Below, one piece after another: positions 8,529 to 17,205 of a DNA stretch of 34,437 nt. The DNA lies in NCBI GenBank assembly GCA_039179045.1, contig JBCDEZ010000010.1, positions 1 through 34,437 of the forward strand. The letters run 5' to 3'. The translations under genes and the position numbers were made by a program. The stretch comes from Chlamydiota bacterium (GTDB lineage Bacteria > Chlamydiota > Chlamydiia > Chlamydiales > SM23-39). The first letter of the stretch is position 1; each line of letters opens with the position of its first letter. The notes under the pieces are model-generated. The model worked only from the letters and a program-made list of their open reading frames with translations. It was not told where the DNA came from and ran no database searches.

Positions 8529-9448
8529 GAAAGCACCTCTTCGGGGGCAAGCATCTTTTCCAGTGCCCGCGTAACCGCAGCAATGCCGTAAGGACCTGTC
8601 GGTTCTTTCAAAGGGGCATACCGATCTTGGTCATAAACGAGAGCGCCTGTATTTTTCGTGATATGCAGCGCATCGAAGAGAAGCTGCTCTTTTTTCGTTC
8701 CGGGAGCTCTTTTTACAAGGTGGTAAGGCAACGAAAGCTGCGCGGCTCTCGCAAAAAACCCGCGCGAAAAACAAAATTGATTGGCGTTGCAGTAGCTTGG
8801 CATCAGCCGACCTCCATTTTCATAGTATTCCACAATGCGAAGGCGCCCCTCCATCTCAGCTAAAGCCCCCATGGTTTTGTATTCTCCCCGATTTTCCAAC
8901 GCGACAAGACAAGCATCGTAGCTTTTTTCCGCGCTAAAACCGATCAGCATTGGATCGAAGGGGTGCGCAAGGGGATTATCGATCGGAATCACCATCACTC
9001 GTTCAGTGCCCTCTTCTTGCCACTGATCCAAAGCTCCTGCACCGGCCAAAGAGCGGTAAAGCGCGCCGTTACCTCCCGGTCCCAGATCCCCACAAGGGTG
9101 CAAGATGTTTTTTTGTGCAACGAAACGCCAGTGGATCAAAGGAGGCAACTGCAGAGCTCTTACATGCTGCTCCAACGCCTCACGATTCTCCTCTGAGCAA
9201 AGGATCCAAGAGGAGAGAGGTCTTTGTGCTTTTTTTGCCGCATCCACCATTTTGCTCGCCAAGATCTCCAAAAGGGAGCATCCCCCGAGAGAGGGGAATC
9301 TGAAAAGAGCCTTGGGTCGATCCGAGCCGAGACGCGTTCCCTTGCCTCCTGCAAGAACAATACTCGCAACTTTCCCCTTTTGGATCTCTACAAACCCCCG
9401 CTCTTGCCACTCTTTTCTAGGCCTTGCTACCTGTTCATACGAACGCAT
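8525..9448 (-). CDS. UDPGP-family (eukaryote-type) nucleotidyltransferase: UDP-N-acetylglucosamine/UDP-glucose pyrophosphorylase
   Basis: LAGGKGTRLG..PK, PGGNGALY..L, IDNPL..PFDP, IVEY, K.EQLLFD, YAPLK. Overlaps the gpsA start (ATGA), as in the chlamydial gene order. Confidence 0.88.
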   Translation of the reverse strand: MRSYEQVARPRKEWQERGFVEIQKGKVASIVLAGGKGTRLGSDRPKALFRFPSLGGCSLLEILASKMVDAAKKAQRPLSSWILCSEENREALEQHVRALQLPPLIHWRFVAQKNILHPCGDLGPGGNGALYRSLAGAGALDQWQEEGTERVMVIPIDNPLAHPFDPMLIGFSAEKSYDACLVALENRGEYKTMGALAEMEGRLRIVEYYENGGRLMPSYCNANQFCFSRGFFARAAQLSLPYHLVKRAPGTKKEQLLFDALHITKNTGALVYDQDRYAPLKEPTGPYGIAAVTRALEKMLAPEEVLS

Positions 9449-9478
9449 TTATTCCCCTTACCGGCTGTATCATTTAAT

Positions 9479-9512
9479 AAAAAAGGGCGTCCTTCGGAAA
9501 TGCCCGTTTTTT
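9479..9512. terminator. Possible intrinsic terminator downstream of waaF
   Basis: A6-GGGCGTCCTTCGGAAATGCCC-G-T6: GC-rich hairpin flanked by A and T runs. Confidence 0.5.
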
Positions 9513-9597
9513 CTATATATTCCCATTTCCAAGGAAGAACATCTCAGACTCTTTGCTTGAAGAAGGCCCTTTACCACAGTGCGTTTCTCTCTAGATC

Positions 9598-10626
9598 CTA
9601 TTTTTGGAAAAATTGCTGTTTTTTTTCGCGCACTTTCTGCACGACCTCTTCTACAGAAATTCTTTCCATACAGCGGAAATCGATGGGGCAGACACGGCGG
9701 TAGCAAGGAGCGCAGGAGACCTCTTTACGGATCACTTCCCCTTTCGAGTAGGGTCCTGTTTTCACCGCATTGGTCGATCCAAAAAGGGCAATCAGCTCCC
9801 GATCAAGAGCGGCTGCGATGTGCATCGGACCGCTATCGTTTGTCACAAAAAGATCACAAACTCCGATGCAAGAACAAAGGGAGCGAAGAGAGGTTTTTCC
9901 CACCAGATTGAGCGCTCTTGGTCCGAGACCGCGGGTGAGAGCCTGCGCCTGTTCGTGCGCTTCTCTACCTCCAAAAAATACCAGGCAAATCTCTTCATCT
10001 TCCAAAAGAATTTCTGCAAGTTTCCGGAATTTTTTGGCAGGCCAACACTTGGCTTGCCCGTAGGCGGCAAAGGGGTGAATTCCTACGAGATACTGTCCTC
10101 GCAGGTACCCTTCTTGTTCCAACAAGTGGTAGGCCGCTTCGATATCAGATTCCTCTAAGAAAAGGTGGGGCTTAAAAGTGGAACCGCAAGGCACTATATG
10201 CTCTACAATCTGCAGGTAGGCTAAGACCTGGTGCGCCTTTTCGTCATAGGGAACGCGGTCTGTTAGTAGCCAAGAGCGGCAATGCTTGGAGTATCCTACG
10301 CGCCTTTGTACATTCCCTTGCCAAAAGTACCAAGCAGAAGAGAACGAATTTGTAAACAAAAATCCCAAATCGTACTTTCCTAAGCGCAGAGTGGCCGCTG
10401 TGTTTTTGCGCGATTCTCTTCTCGAAAGCTTGAGTGCTTCTTTTTGGAATACCAAGATCTCATCAAAACGGGGATCTCCTTCCACCAACTCTTGCAAAGG
10501 GCTTTGACACATCAGGGTGATGGAGGCCTGAGGAAAAGCCCTCCGGACCGCTTCGAGAGCCGCTGTGGCCATGACAAAATCGCCGATCCAATTGGGCATC
10601 CGTATGATGATATTCGTTGCATGCAT
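9598..10626 (-). CDS. waaF: ADP-heptose:LPS heptosyltransferase II (GT9)
   Basis: IIIRMPNWIGDFVM, TNSFSSA, GIHPFAAYGQAKCWP, NLVGKTSL, VTNDSGPMHIAAA, LFGST, C..C..R.CP..F.CM. Start trimmed to MHATNII (10626). Confidence 0.9.
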   Translation of the reverse strand: MHATNIIIRMPNWIGDFVMATAALEAVRRAFPQASITLMCQSPLQELVEGDPRFDEILVFQKEALKLSRRESRKNTAATLRLGKYDLGFLFTNSFSSAWYFWQGNVQRRVGYSKHCRSWLLTDRVPYDEKAHQVLAYLQIVEHIVPCGSTFKPHLFLEESDIEAAYHLLEQEGYLRGQYLVGIHPFAAYGQAKCWPAKKFRKLAEILLEDEEICLVFFGGREAHEQAQALTRGLGPRALNLVGKTSLRSLCSCIGVCDLFVTNDSGPMHIAAALDRELIALFGSTNAVKTGPYSKGEVIRKEVSCAPCYRRVCPIDFRCMERISVEEVVQKVREKKQQFFQK

Positions 10627-10849
10627 ACGTATATCTTGACACAGATGGAGGAAAATCCCTACATGAAACCACATTTTTCTAAGACTGAAGATCATTTTTT
10701 CCGAGAAAGCAAAGTCGCCCACGAAAAGAGCTTGCCCCACTTTTCGTGCATGAGATCGGCTTCCCTTCCCTCCATCAAGACTGTGTAGGAAAATGTATTG
10801 TGGCAATCTGCGTATAGGATTTTTTCGAGAGATCTCTTACAATGCGATC

Positions 10850-11362
10850 ATGCAAGAAAAAAGCGAACAGATCGTGCTTGGGATCGATCCTGGAACTCGG
10901 ATTACAGGGTTCGGTGTGGTCTTTTTAACGCGCCAGAAAATCGAAGTGATCGACTACGGATGCATCAGGCTCCCTACCAAAGAGCGCCTCTCTTACCGCT
11001 ATTTTCTGCTCTTCAACGCATTCCAAAAGCTGATTGCAAAACACCAACCGAACGAGGTCGCAGTAGAAGCGCAGTACCTCGATCGCAATTTTGCAACAAC
11101 AGCCAAACTGTCTGGAGTCAAAGCAGCCCTTGGCATCGCAACGGAGACTGCTGGAATCGCTCTTCACGAATACAGCGCTACAAAAGCGAAAAAAGCCGTG
11201 ACAGGTAGTGGCCTTGCTTCCAAATTGCAAGTGCAACGCACCTTACAAACTCTTCTGCAACTCAAAGAGCTGCCCCAGCCAGAAGACGCCTCCGACGCCC
11301 TTTCCCTTGCCTACTGCCACGCAAATGCGCTACTCTTTCAGGCAAGATGTATGAATATATAA
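10850..11362 (+). CDS. ruvC: Holliday junction resolvase RuvC
   Basis: VLGIDPGTRITGFGVV, VAVE, AKKAVTGSGLASKLQV, PEDASDALSLAYCH. Start set at MQEKSEQ (10850). Confidence 0.96.
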   Translation: MQEKSEQIVLGIDPGTRITGFGVVFLTRQKIEVIDYGCIRLPTKERLSYRYFLLFNAFQKLIAKHQPNEVAVEAQYLDRNFATTAKLSGVKAALGIATETAGIALHEYSATKAKKAVTGSGLASKLQVQRTLQTLLQLKELPQPEDASDALSLAYCHANALLFQARCMNI

Positions 11363-11928
11363 AAGGCAAGATCCATAGCAAAAGCCCCGAAGAGGTTACC
11401 CTAGATGTGCAGGGAGTCGGGTATCTTCTTCGGATTCCCTCTAGCACGTTTACCCAGCTGCGTCCCGAACAAGAAGAGCAACTTCTCTATGTGACTCTTC
11501 TTGTCCGAGAAGACAGCCAAACTCTCTACGGCTTTTGTACCAAACAAGAACGCTCTTTATTTTTACTTCTCCGGGGTGTGTCGGGGATCGGACCAAAGAC
11601 CGCTCTCAGCTTGGTAGGTCACCTCGATCTACCTCTTTTCCAGACAGCGGTAAGCGAGAAAAGACCTCAAGTACTTGCAAAAGTGCCCGGCATCGGCCCC
11701 AAAACCGCAAGCAGAATCATCGTCGAGATGAGTGATAAAATTTCTGTGATCGATCGACTCAGAAGAGAGAGTTCACTACTCTCTGTAGACCCTTTGAGTC
11801 TCGATGCAATTGCGGCTCTCGTGCACCTCGGCTACTCACAGCAAGTGGCAAAAAAAGCGGTCGACCAAGTGCGTCATGACTATGATGCCCTCAACACTTT
11901 GATCCCTGCAGCCTTGCAAGTCATGTGA
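11347..11928 (+). CDS. ruvA: Holliday junction branch migration protein RuvA
   Basis: MYEYIKG, DVQGVGY, VREDSQTLYGF, two HhH motifs (VSGIGPKTA, VPGIGPKTA), DAIAALVHLGY. Confidence 0.97.
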   Translation: MYEYIKGKIHSKSPEEVTLDVQGVGYLLRIPSSTFTQLRPEQEEQLLYVTLLVREDSQTLYGFCTKQERSLFLLLRGVSGIGPKTALSLVGHLDLPLFQTAVSEKRPQVLAKVPGIGPKTASRIIVEMSDKISVIDRLRRESSLLSVDPLSLDAIAALVHLGYSQQVAKKAVDQVRHDYDALNTLIPAALQVM

Positions 11929-12190
11929 AATCCCTTTATCTACAGACTTTTGCCTTACCCTCCACGATTGGCTGCAAGAGACCTTTCTGCACGCAGCCAA
12001 GTTGGGAAAGGTTCTCCTCTCAACCCAATTCCCCGTTTCTTAAAGAAAATAAGACATCCGGGGATTGGATAAAGACCGAGGACGCGCCCGGTATTTTGAG
12101 GATGAAGACTTTTTTAGGACCCTTTGCAGTCGACTATTCTTTCGCTTTCATGCTAAACGCTCTCCCGAAGGAAGCACTGTTGGAATGTTT

Positions 12191-12307
12191 TCATCTGTAT
12201 GTACAACCGAGGTTTGGATCTGTAAAAAACGAGCATTTTACTCTTCTTTTTTACTAGCAGATGACGTATCTCTACCAGACTTGCATTCGTTCGTTTCACT
12301 CGGATCC
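12191..12307. repeat. 117-bp direct repeat, copy A (partner at 14234-14350)
   Basis: Ungapped alignment with 14234-14350 gives 12 mismatches in 117 bp by hand count (~90% identity). Confidence 0.95.
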
Positions 12308-12312
12308 TTTTT

Positions 12313-12891
12313 TCAACATGCTACCGCAAAAAGTATGGGGGGAGCGCCTTCTTGGGCTCGAAAAACAAGACTAGCCTCAAAATTCCCTTTTTGCAGAATC
12401 GGCCAACGATCCTTGCTGGGTTTTTCGTTGCCCCTTGTTTCACTGTCCAATATCTCGCTCAAGGATTTGATTACGAAGGGAATATTGAGAACGACTTCAG
12501 GAAGAACAAGCGTTTGCCCTTCTTGCTGATTTGTAGCTTGTATTTTTCCACCTAGTACAGATAGGCTCTCTTTTTGTGCCAAGCAAAGCGCTCGCAAAAA
12601 CTTCAGGGAACTCGTAAAGATATCTGCAATTGTTTTATACCGTGCATCTTTAGATATTTCGCTGTTTATCTTTTCCAGAATAGAAATTGCGGACTTCCTG
12701 GTTTTTTCCCCGGGAGCTTCGAATGCCTTAGATGTAATACGTGAACGCACCCATTCCGGCGGGTCATTCTGAGACAATTGAACAGACGTCCAATCAATCA
12801 AGCTAGCAAATTCAGCCAGGATAGACTGCCTGCTTAAAAGTTCTTCACGGGCTTTCGTCCATTCTGTAGTACCTGTTGCTGTTACTGACAT
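12313..12891 (-). CDS. Hypothetical protein, most divergent member of a three-gene paralogue cluster; probably shortened by an in-frame TGA (frame continues to TAA at 12238)
   Basis: GGAG SD and ATG. ISILEKI..ISKD..KTIADIF and LVLPEVVLNI align with LSSLKRI..VQKA..ESIQTVF and YLVPPTILDI of 13292-14200. After the TGA the frame reads KKDPSETNECKSGRDTSSASKKEE*. Confidence 0.75.
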   Translation of the reverse strand: MSVTATGTTEWTKAREELLSRQSILAEFASLIDWTSVQLSQNDPPEWVRSRITSKAFEAPGEKTRKSAISILEKINSEISKDARYKTIADIFTSSLKFLRALCLAQKESLSVLGGKIQATNQQEGQTLVLPEVVLNIPFVIKSLSEILDSETRGNEKPSKDRWPILQKGNFEASLVFRAQEGAPPILFAVAC

Positions 12892-13291
12892 AATGATTTC
12901 TCCATTTGGTTTCTTAATTGATATGTGAAAGAGCTACAATAACTCGTCTGATTGGTTGAGGGTTTCGGAAGACTTTTGCCTTCCTGGAAATATTTTTTCC
13001 ACGCATGCCGCAGAAAAAGTAACGCTTTTCCCAAAGATTGCGAACAAGTGGACTAGGACATCCCTCAACAAGAGCCCAGTTCTCCAGTCTTTCAGTTCCA
13101 AATTCGGAACATATCTGATCAAAGTTCTCTACCTTACTGGAAAAATAGAAATTCACGGCCAAAAGCAAGTCGCGAAGAGTACCATACGTATGCCCGGGGC
13201 AATAAACGAGGGTTCAAACTTCGTATTCTCAGATTTCTTTTATCAGAATTCTTGCAAAGGCAAATAGAACCCTATTCGTCCATCGAAAAAT

Positions 13292-14200
13292 CTACGAATA
13301 CAACGCTTTATCGATTTTGTCGATTTCAACACCATTATCTTCTTCGATGTATTGAGCAATGATTGCGCTACGGCTCTTCCCATCTGATATCTCCAATGCA
13401 TGTTGACATGCATATTGCGTAAGTTTGATCTCAACGCGCTCTTGTTTTCCTTCTCGAACCTCTCCTGCAGGCTTTGGGCGGCTTTTTGTTTCTTTTGTCA
13501 AGCGGTCTTCACTTGTAAGAAGACTCCTTACAGAACCAATATCCAATATAGTCGGGGGGACAAGATAAACAGGAACCGGCACGGTCCGCCACAAATGCTC
13601 AAATTGCTCGATTTGCCTCCAAAGAGGTCCCCCTCTATCCTGCTCAATGGACTGCAACATCTGAAAAGCCTTTCGAAACACTGTTTGAATAGACTCTGGT
13701 ATCGTGTCTGCTTTTTGCACCTTAAAGAAGATTCTCTTAAGAGAGCTTAAGGAGACTGTTTTTTCCATTAGTTTCTTAGGAACCAATACTCGGTTTTTTT
13801 GTAGTTTCTTAGAAAACCGTATTGGATTTTTTTGACCTTTTTTCTCTGTGAGTTGTGCCATCGCCTGGGCCGTCGCTAATAAGTGTTCATCCAACATCCT
13901 AGCTTTGAATTCTTCATTTGCTAACTCAGCCTCTTGAGCCTCTTTTTTTTTCTCGGAATCCAACTCTCCAATTTCTGCCTGGATTGCATTATAGCGACTC
14001 TTGCACTGGCTAATCAGAGCTTCGAAAGAACTAGGATCCGGTCGACTTGAACTTGCCTGATCAGGATTACGAAAAATACCCTCAACGACTGCCCACAACC
14101 TTACCAAAAGCGTACTACTTCCCGAGTTTTCGGTTGAAGCAGGAGAGACCACCGAAGATGCAGTATTAGGTGACTCTGGTTTTCTGGATGGAGAAGTCAT
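13292..14200 (-). CDS. Hypothetical protein (302 aa), intact member of the paralogue cluster; Ser/Pro/Thr-rich N-terminus and coiled coil, candidate secreted effector
   Basis: AAGGA SD. Shares DRGGPLW, YL(V/L)P..ILD, LLT.E and IIAQYIE with the upstream paralogue. Confidence 0.85.
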   Translation of the reverse strand: MTSPSRKPESPNTASSVVSPASTENSGSSTLLVRLWAVVEGIFRNPDQASSSRPDPSSFEALISQCKSRYNAIQAEIGELDSEKKKEAQEAELANEEFKARMLDEHLLATAQAMAQLTEKKGQKNPIRFSKKLQKNRVLVPKKLMEKTVSLSSLKRIFFKVQKADTIPESIQTVFRKAFQMLQSIEQDRGGPLWRQIEQFEHLWRTVPVPVYLVPPTILDIGSVRSLLTSEDRLTKETKSRPKPAGEVREGKQERVEIKLTQYACQHALEISDGKSRSAIIAQYIEEDNGVEIDKIDKALYS

Positions 14201-14233
14201 ACTGATTCCTTAGGACACATTATTTGACTATTG

Positions 14234-14350
14234 TCATCTGCATCCACAACTAAGTTTTGGATCTGTAAAGAACGACCATTTTACTCTTCTTTTTTACTAG
14301 TAGATGAGGTATCTCTACCAGACTTGCATTCGTTGGTTTCACTTGGATCC
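14234..14350. repeat. 117-bp direct repeat, copy B (partner at 12191-12307)
   Basis: Covers the last 22 codons (DPSETNECKSGRDTSSTSKKEE), the stop codon and the 3' flank of the 14281-15635 gene. Confidence 0.95.
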
Positions 14351-15635
14351 GCTTTTTCAATATACTGAGCGATGATTGTGCTATCTTTTCCTTCCAACAC
14401 TTGAATTGCCTCTCGGGATTGATATTTCGTGGTATTTACATCGAAGAACGGTTCCTGTATTCCAAAATACTTGTCAAAAATCGAGGAAGTCAGACTTATT
14501 TTTTGCCCTCTATTTTTGCTTTTTTCAAGAGTAAGGAGAGCTGCTAGTCGGGGAACATCCAATATGTCTTGAGGGAGGAGGTAAATTGCCTTGATAGCGG
14601 GCTCCTGTGCGCCTAGGAATTGTATCTGGCCCATTTTCTTCCAAAGAGGCCCTCCTCGATCCTTCAAAGAGGCCCTCCTCGATCCTTGTTAATGCTATGT
14701 AGCTCTTGAAAGCCTTTTTTAAAAGCGTTTCGGGTAGATTTTTGTAGCGCTGTATTGCTTTTCACATACAAAAAAAGTATCCTGACATTGCGCAAAAGCG
14801 TTGTCTGCGTTTGCAAGTCTGAAGGATTCCAGAAACGAGGTGCATCCGGAAGTGAGCCTTGAAGCAACATATGGCTCGTATACGCAATTCCTGGCATATT
14901 ATTTAGGAGGGATTCACCTTGTATTTCTTGCAATTGTTTCGCAAATTCTGGGTCTGTCTGCCATGAACCCTCGGAGCCCCTGCGAGACAGTTCTTCTGTT
15001 AAGCCAGCTTTTAAGTCTGAATACTTTTGAATCAAAGATGCTAGACCCGGATCAGGCTGAACTCTGTGATGTGTTTGTTTTGAATCATCGACTTCAGATT
15101 CTCTTTTGCCTTCAAGAGGTTGCAGCTGAGCCAATAAGTCTGGAAAAGTTTTTGTCCTGTCTCGCTTCAACTTTGCAAGTATAGGTTTTATGGTGTCAGA
15201 TACAAAGAAAGGATTTATTTCCAAACTCTCGAAAAAAGCTTGTTCAGCTGCGAGGATCTTACACATATCCTGTATGGTACTTGACAAAGTGCTAGAAGTT
15301 CGGTTGGGAAGAGCTTGTGAGGAAATCTGTAGAATTTTTGTCTTCAGTGCACTTACTTTTTCCAGGGTATTTTTCCGAAGGCGCGCAAGCTCTTGTTCTT
15401 TCTCTGCAATGACCTCTCGTCGTTTTTCTACTGGACAATCGGCAAGGTTGGCAAGTTTCTCCGCTAAGTTCCCAATCCTATTTTCATCCGCTAATCCCTC
15501 TTGTATTTTAGAGAAAAAATCGATGTGATGCTGTGCCACGATCTGCAATCTACCTCTTACAGGGGCGAGCTCTACAGGCAATGGGCCCGTAAAGTTTGAG
15601 CCAACTGTTCGCCGTCTATCAGCTGGAGAAATCAT
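14281..15635 (-). pseudogene. Paralogue-cluster gene frameshifted by a 23-bp tandem duplication (fragments 14664-15635 and 14281-14667; 443 aa if one copy is removed)
   Basis: KDRGGPL occurs at the end of one ORF and the start of the next. 1355-23=1332 bp=444 codons. The joined protein aligns colinearly with 13292-14200. Confidence 0.88.
14642..14687. repeat. Perfect 2x23-bp tandem duplication
   Basis: caaagaggccctcctcgatcctt at 14642-14664 and 14665-14687. Confidence 0.98.
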
Positions 15636-15820
15636 ACGTTAATCCTTCGGTTATTCTGTTTTTTGTGTTGATTTGCCTCGATTTATTCCTCTAAAATTTC
15701 CTAACTACCTACTAACAAAGAGTATTCAACCGAGAGCACAATTCAGAAATGGCAAATCTTAGCAAATATCCCCAATTCTTTCCAGAAAAATTGAACAAAC
15801 GGCAGTTGGAGGCAGTAAAC

Positions 15821-15849
15821 TGGAGAAAAAGAGCTCTATCTAGTAAAAT
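15821..15849 (+). promoter_or_regulatory. Putative sigma66/sigma70 promoter for mnmE-nth
   Basis: TGGAGA(15821-15826)-17 bp-TAAAAT(15844-15849), 6 nt before ATG 15856. Confidence 0.4.
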
Positions 15850-15855
15850 CGTTGC

Positions 15856-17205
15856 ATGCAACACTCAAGTACGATCGTAGCTCCCATCACTCCTCCCGGA
15901 AGAGGGGGCGTCTCTGGAATCCGGATTTCCGGCCCCGAGGCTTTGGACATCGCAGATTCTCTTTTCTCAAAAGATGTGAGATCGATCCCCTCTCACCGAG
16001 CCGTTTACGGGAAAATTGCTTGCCCCAATACAGGCTCTTGTATCGATCAGGTACTCCTTTTGCCCATGCATGGACCGCACAGCTATACGGGAGAAGACGT
16101 GGTCGAAATCTTCTGTCACGGCTCACCTTGGATCACAGAGCAAATCGTACAGAAAATCATTGATTGCGGGGCAGTCCTCGCGCAAGGAGGAGAGTTCACT
16201 CTCCGCGCTTTTCAAAATGGCAAAATGGACTTGATGCAAGCAGAGGCCGTGCAAAAGCTCATCGGAGCAGAAAGCTCGCTTGCCGCCTCTTCTGCTAGCG
16301 AGCACCTCGAGGGATACCTTTCGAAAAGAGTGCAAACATGGCAAGAAGAACTTACAGAGATTGGGGCGATCTTTTTAGCCGCTGTCGACTTTCCCGAAGA
16401 GGGGCTCGCTTTTGCAACGAGGGAGAGCTTGAACAAAAGACTCCTAACAATTCTCCAGGAAATGGAGGCTCTTCTCGCCTCATTCCAAGACGGAAAAAAG
16501 CTGGAAGAGCACGTCTCTTTTTGCCTAGCAGGTCCTCCCAACGTGGGAAAGTCTTCACTGCTCAATGCTCTTCTACGCAAAGACCGCGCTATTGTAACGA
16601 ACCAGGCTGGTACTACTAGAGATCTGCTGGAAGAGTCGTTTTCCTGCGGCTCGCACACATTCACGTTAACAGATACGGCAGGGATCCGTGAAGGATCTTG
16701 CCCAATCGAACAAGAGGGAATCAAGCGTTCGAAAGAAGTGGCAAAAAAGTCGGACTTTGTCGTGTTTGTCCTCGACACCTATTACACAAAACTTGAGGCT
16801 TGCAAACTACTAGAGGAACATCCACCAGCAAAGACCCTGCTTGTCTGGAACAAAGCAGATTTGCAAAGGGGAGAGTTTTTAGAAGAATTCCCCTACCAAG
16901 TAGCGGTTTCCGCAAAGACAGGGAAAAATCTAGACGCACTCCGAGAGCTATTCATCAAAGCGAGCTGGAACAACCCCCCGGATACCTACCCCTTTCTTCT
17001 AACGCAAAAACGGCATCAAGAATGCTTAAAAAAGGCAAAAAACTGTCTCGATCAGGTGCGCGAGGGGTTGGCAGTAGAGCGCTCTTTTGAGTTTCTCAGC
17101 ATCGATCTACAAGACTGCTTGCAAGCGCTTGCACAGATGGTGGGCACGTGCGTTACAGAAGATCTACTCTCTTCAATTTTTTCGCAGTTTTGTGTGGGCA
17201 AATGA
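15856..17205 (+). CDS. mnmE: tRNA modification GTPase MnmE (TrmE)
   Basis: TIVAPITPPGRGGV..IRISG, SYTGEDVVE..CHG, GEFTLRAF.NGKMDL.QAE, GPPNVGKSSLLN, GTTRD, DTAGIR, NKAD, terminal FCVGK. Confidence 0.98.
   Translation: MQHSSTIVAPITPPGRGGVSGIRISGPEALDIADSLFSKDVRSIPSHRAVYGKIACPNTGSCIDQVLLLPMHGPHSYTGEDVVEIFCHGSPWITEQIVQKIIDCGAVLAQGGEFTLRAFQNGKMDLMQAEAVQKLIGAESSLAASSASEHLEGYLSKRVQTWQEELTEIGAIFLAAVDFPEEGLAFATRESLNKRLLTILQEMEALLASFQDGKKLEEHVSFCLAGPPNVGKSSLLNALLRKDRAIVTNQAGTTRDLLEESFSCGSHTFTLTDTAGIREGSCPIEQEGIKRSKEVAKKSDFVVFVLDTYYTKLEACKLLEEHPPAKTLLVWNKADLQRGEFLEEFPYQVAVSAKTGKNLDALRELFIKASWNNPPDTYPFLLTQKRHQECLKKAKNCLDQVREGLAVERSFEFLSIDLQDCLQALAQMVGTCVTEDLLSSIFSQFCVGK

Noticed and set aside
11347..11928. 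ruvC-ruvA without adjacent ruvB
   Set aside because: ruvB is unlinked in chlamydial genomes, so this is expected.
12313..12315. TGA reassigned to Trp (genetic code 4) or selenocysteine
   Set aside because: ruvA, mnmE, nth and argS end in TGA at their expected C-termini, and no SECIS-like hairpin follows the TGA.
11925..12529. Plus-strand ORFs 11925-12257 and 12065-12529
   Set aside because: No recognisable motifs. They run antisense through the repeat and the tail of the minus-strand paralogue, so they are likely spurious.
12914..13290. Short ORFs between paralogues 2 and 3
   Set aside because: Several overlapping <=103-aa frames with non-ATG starts and no similarity to the neighbours; none can be supported.
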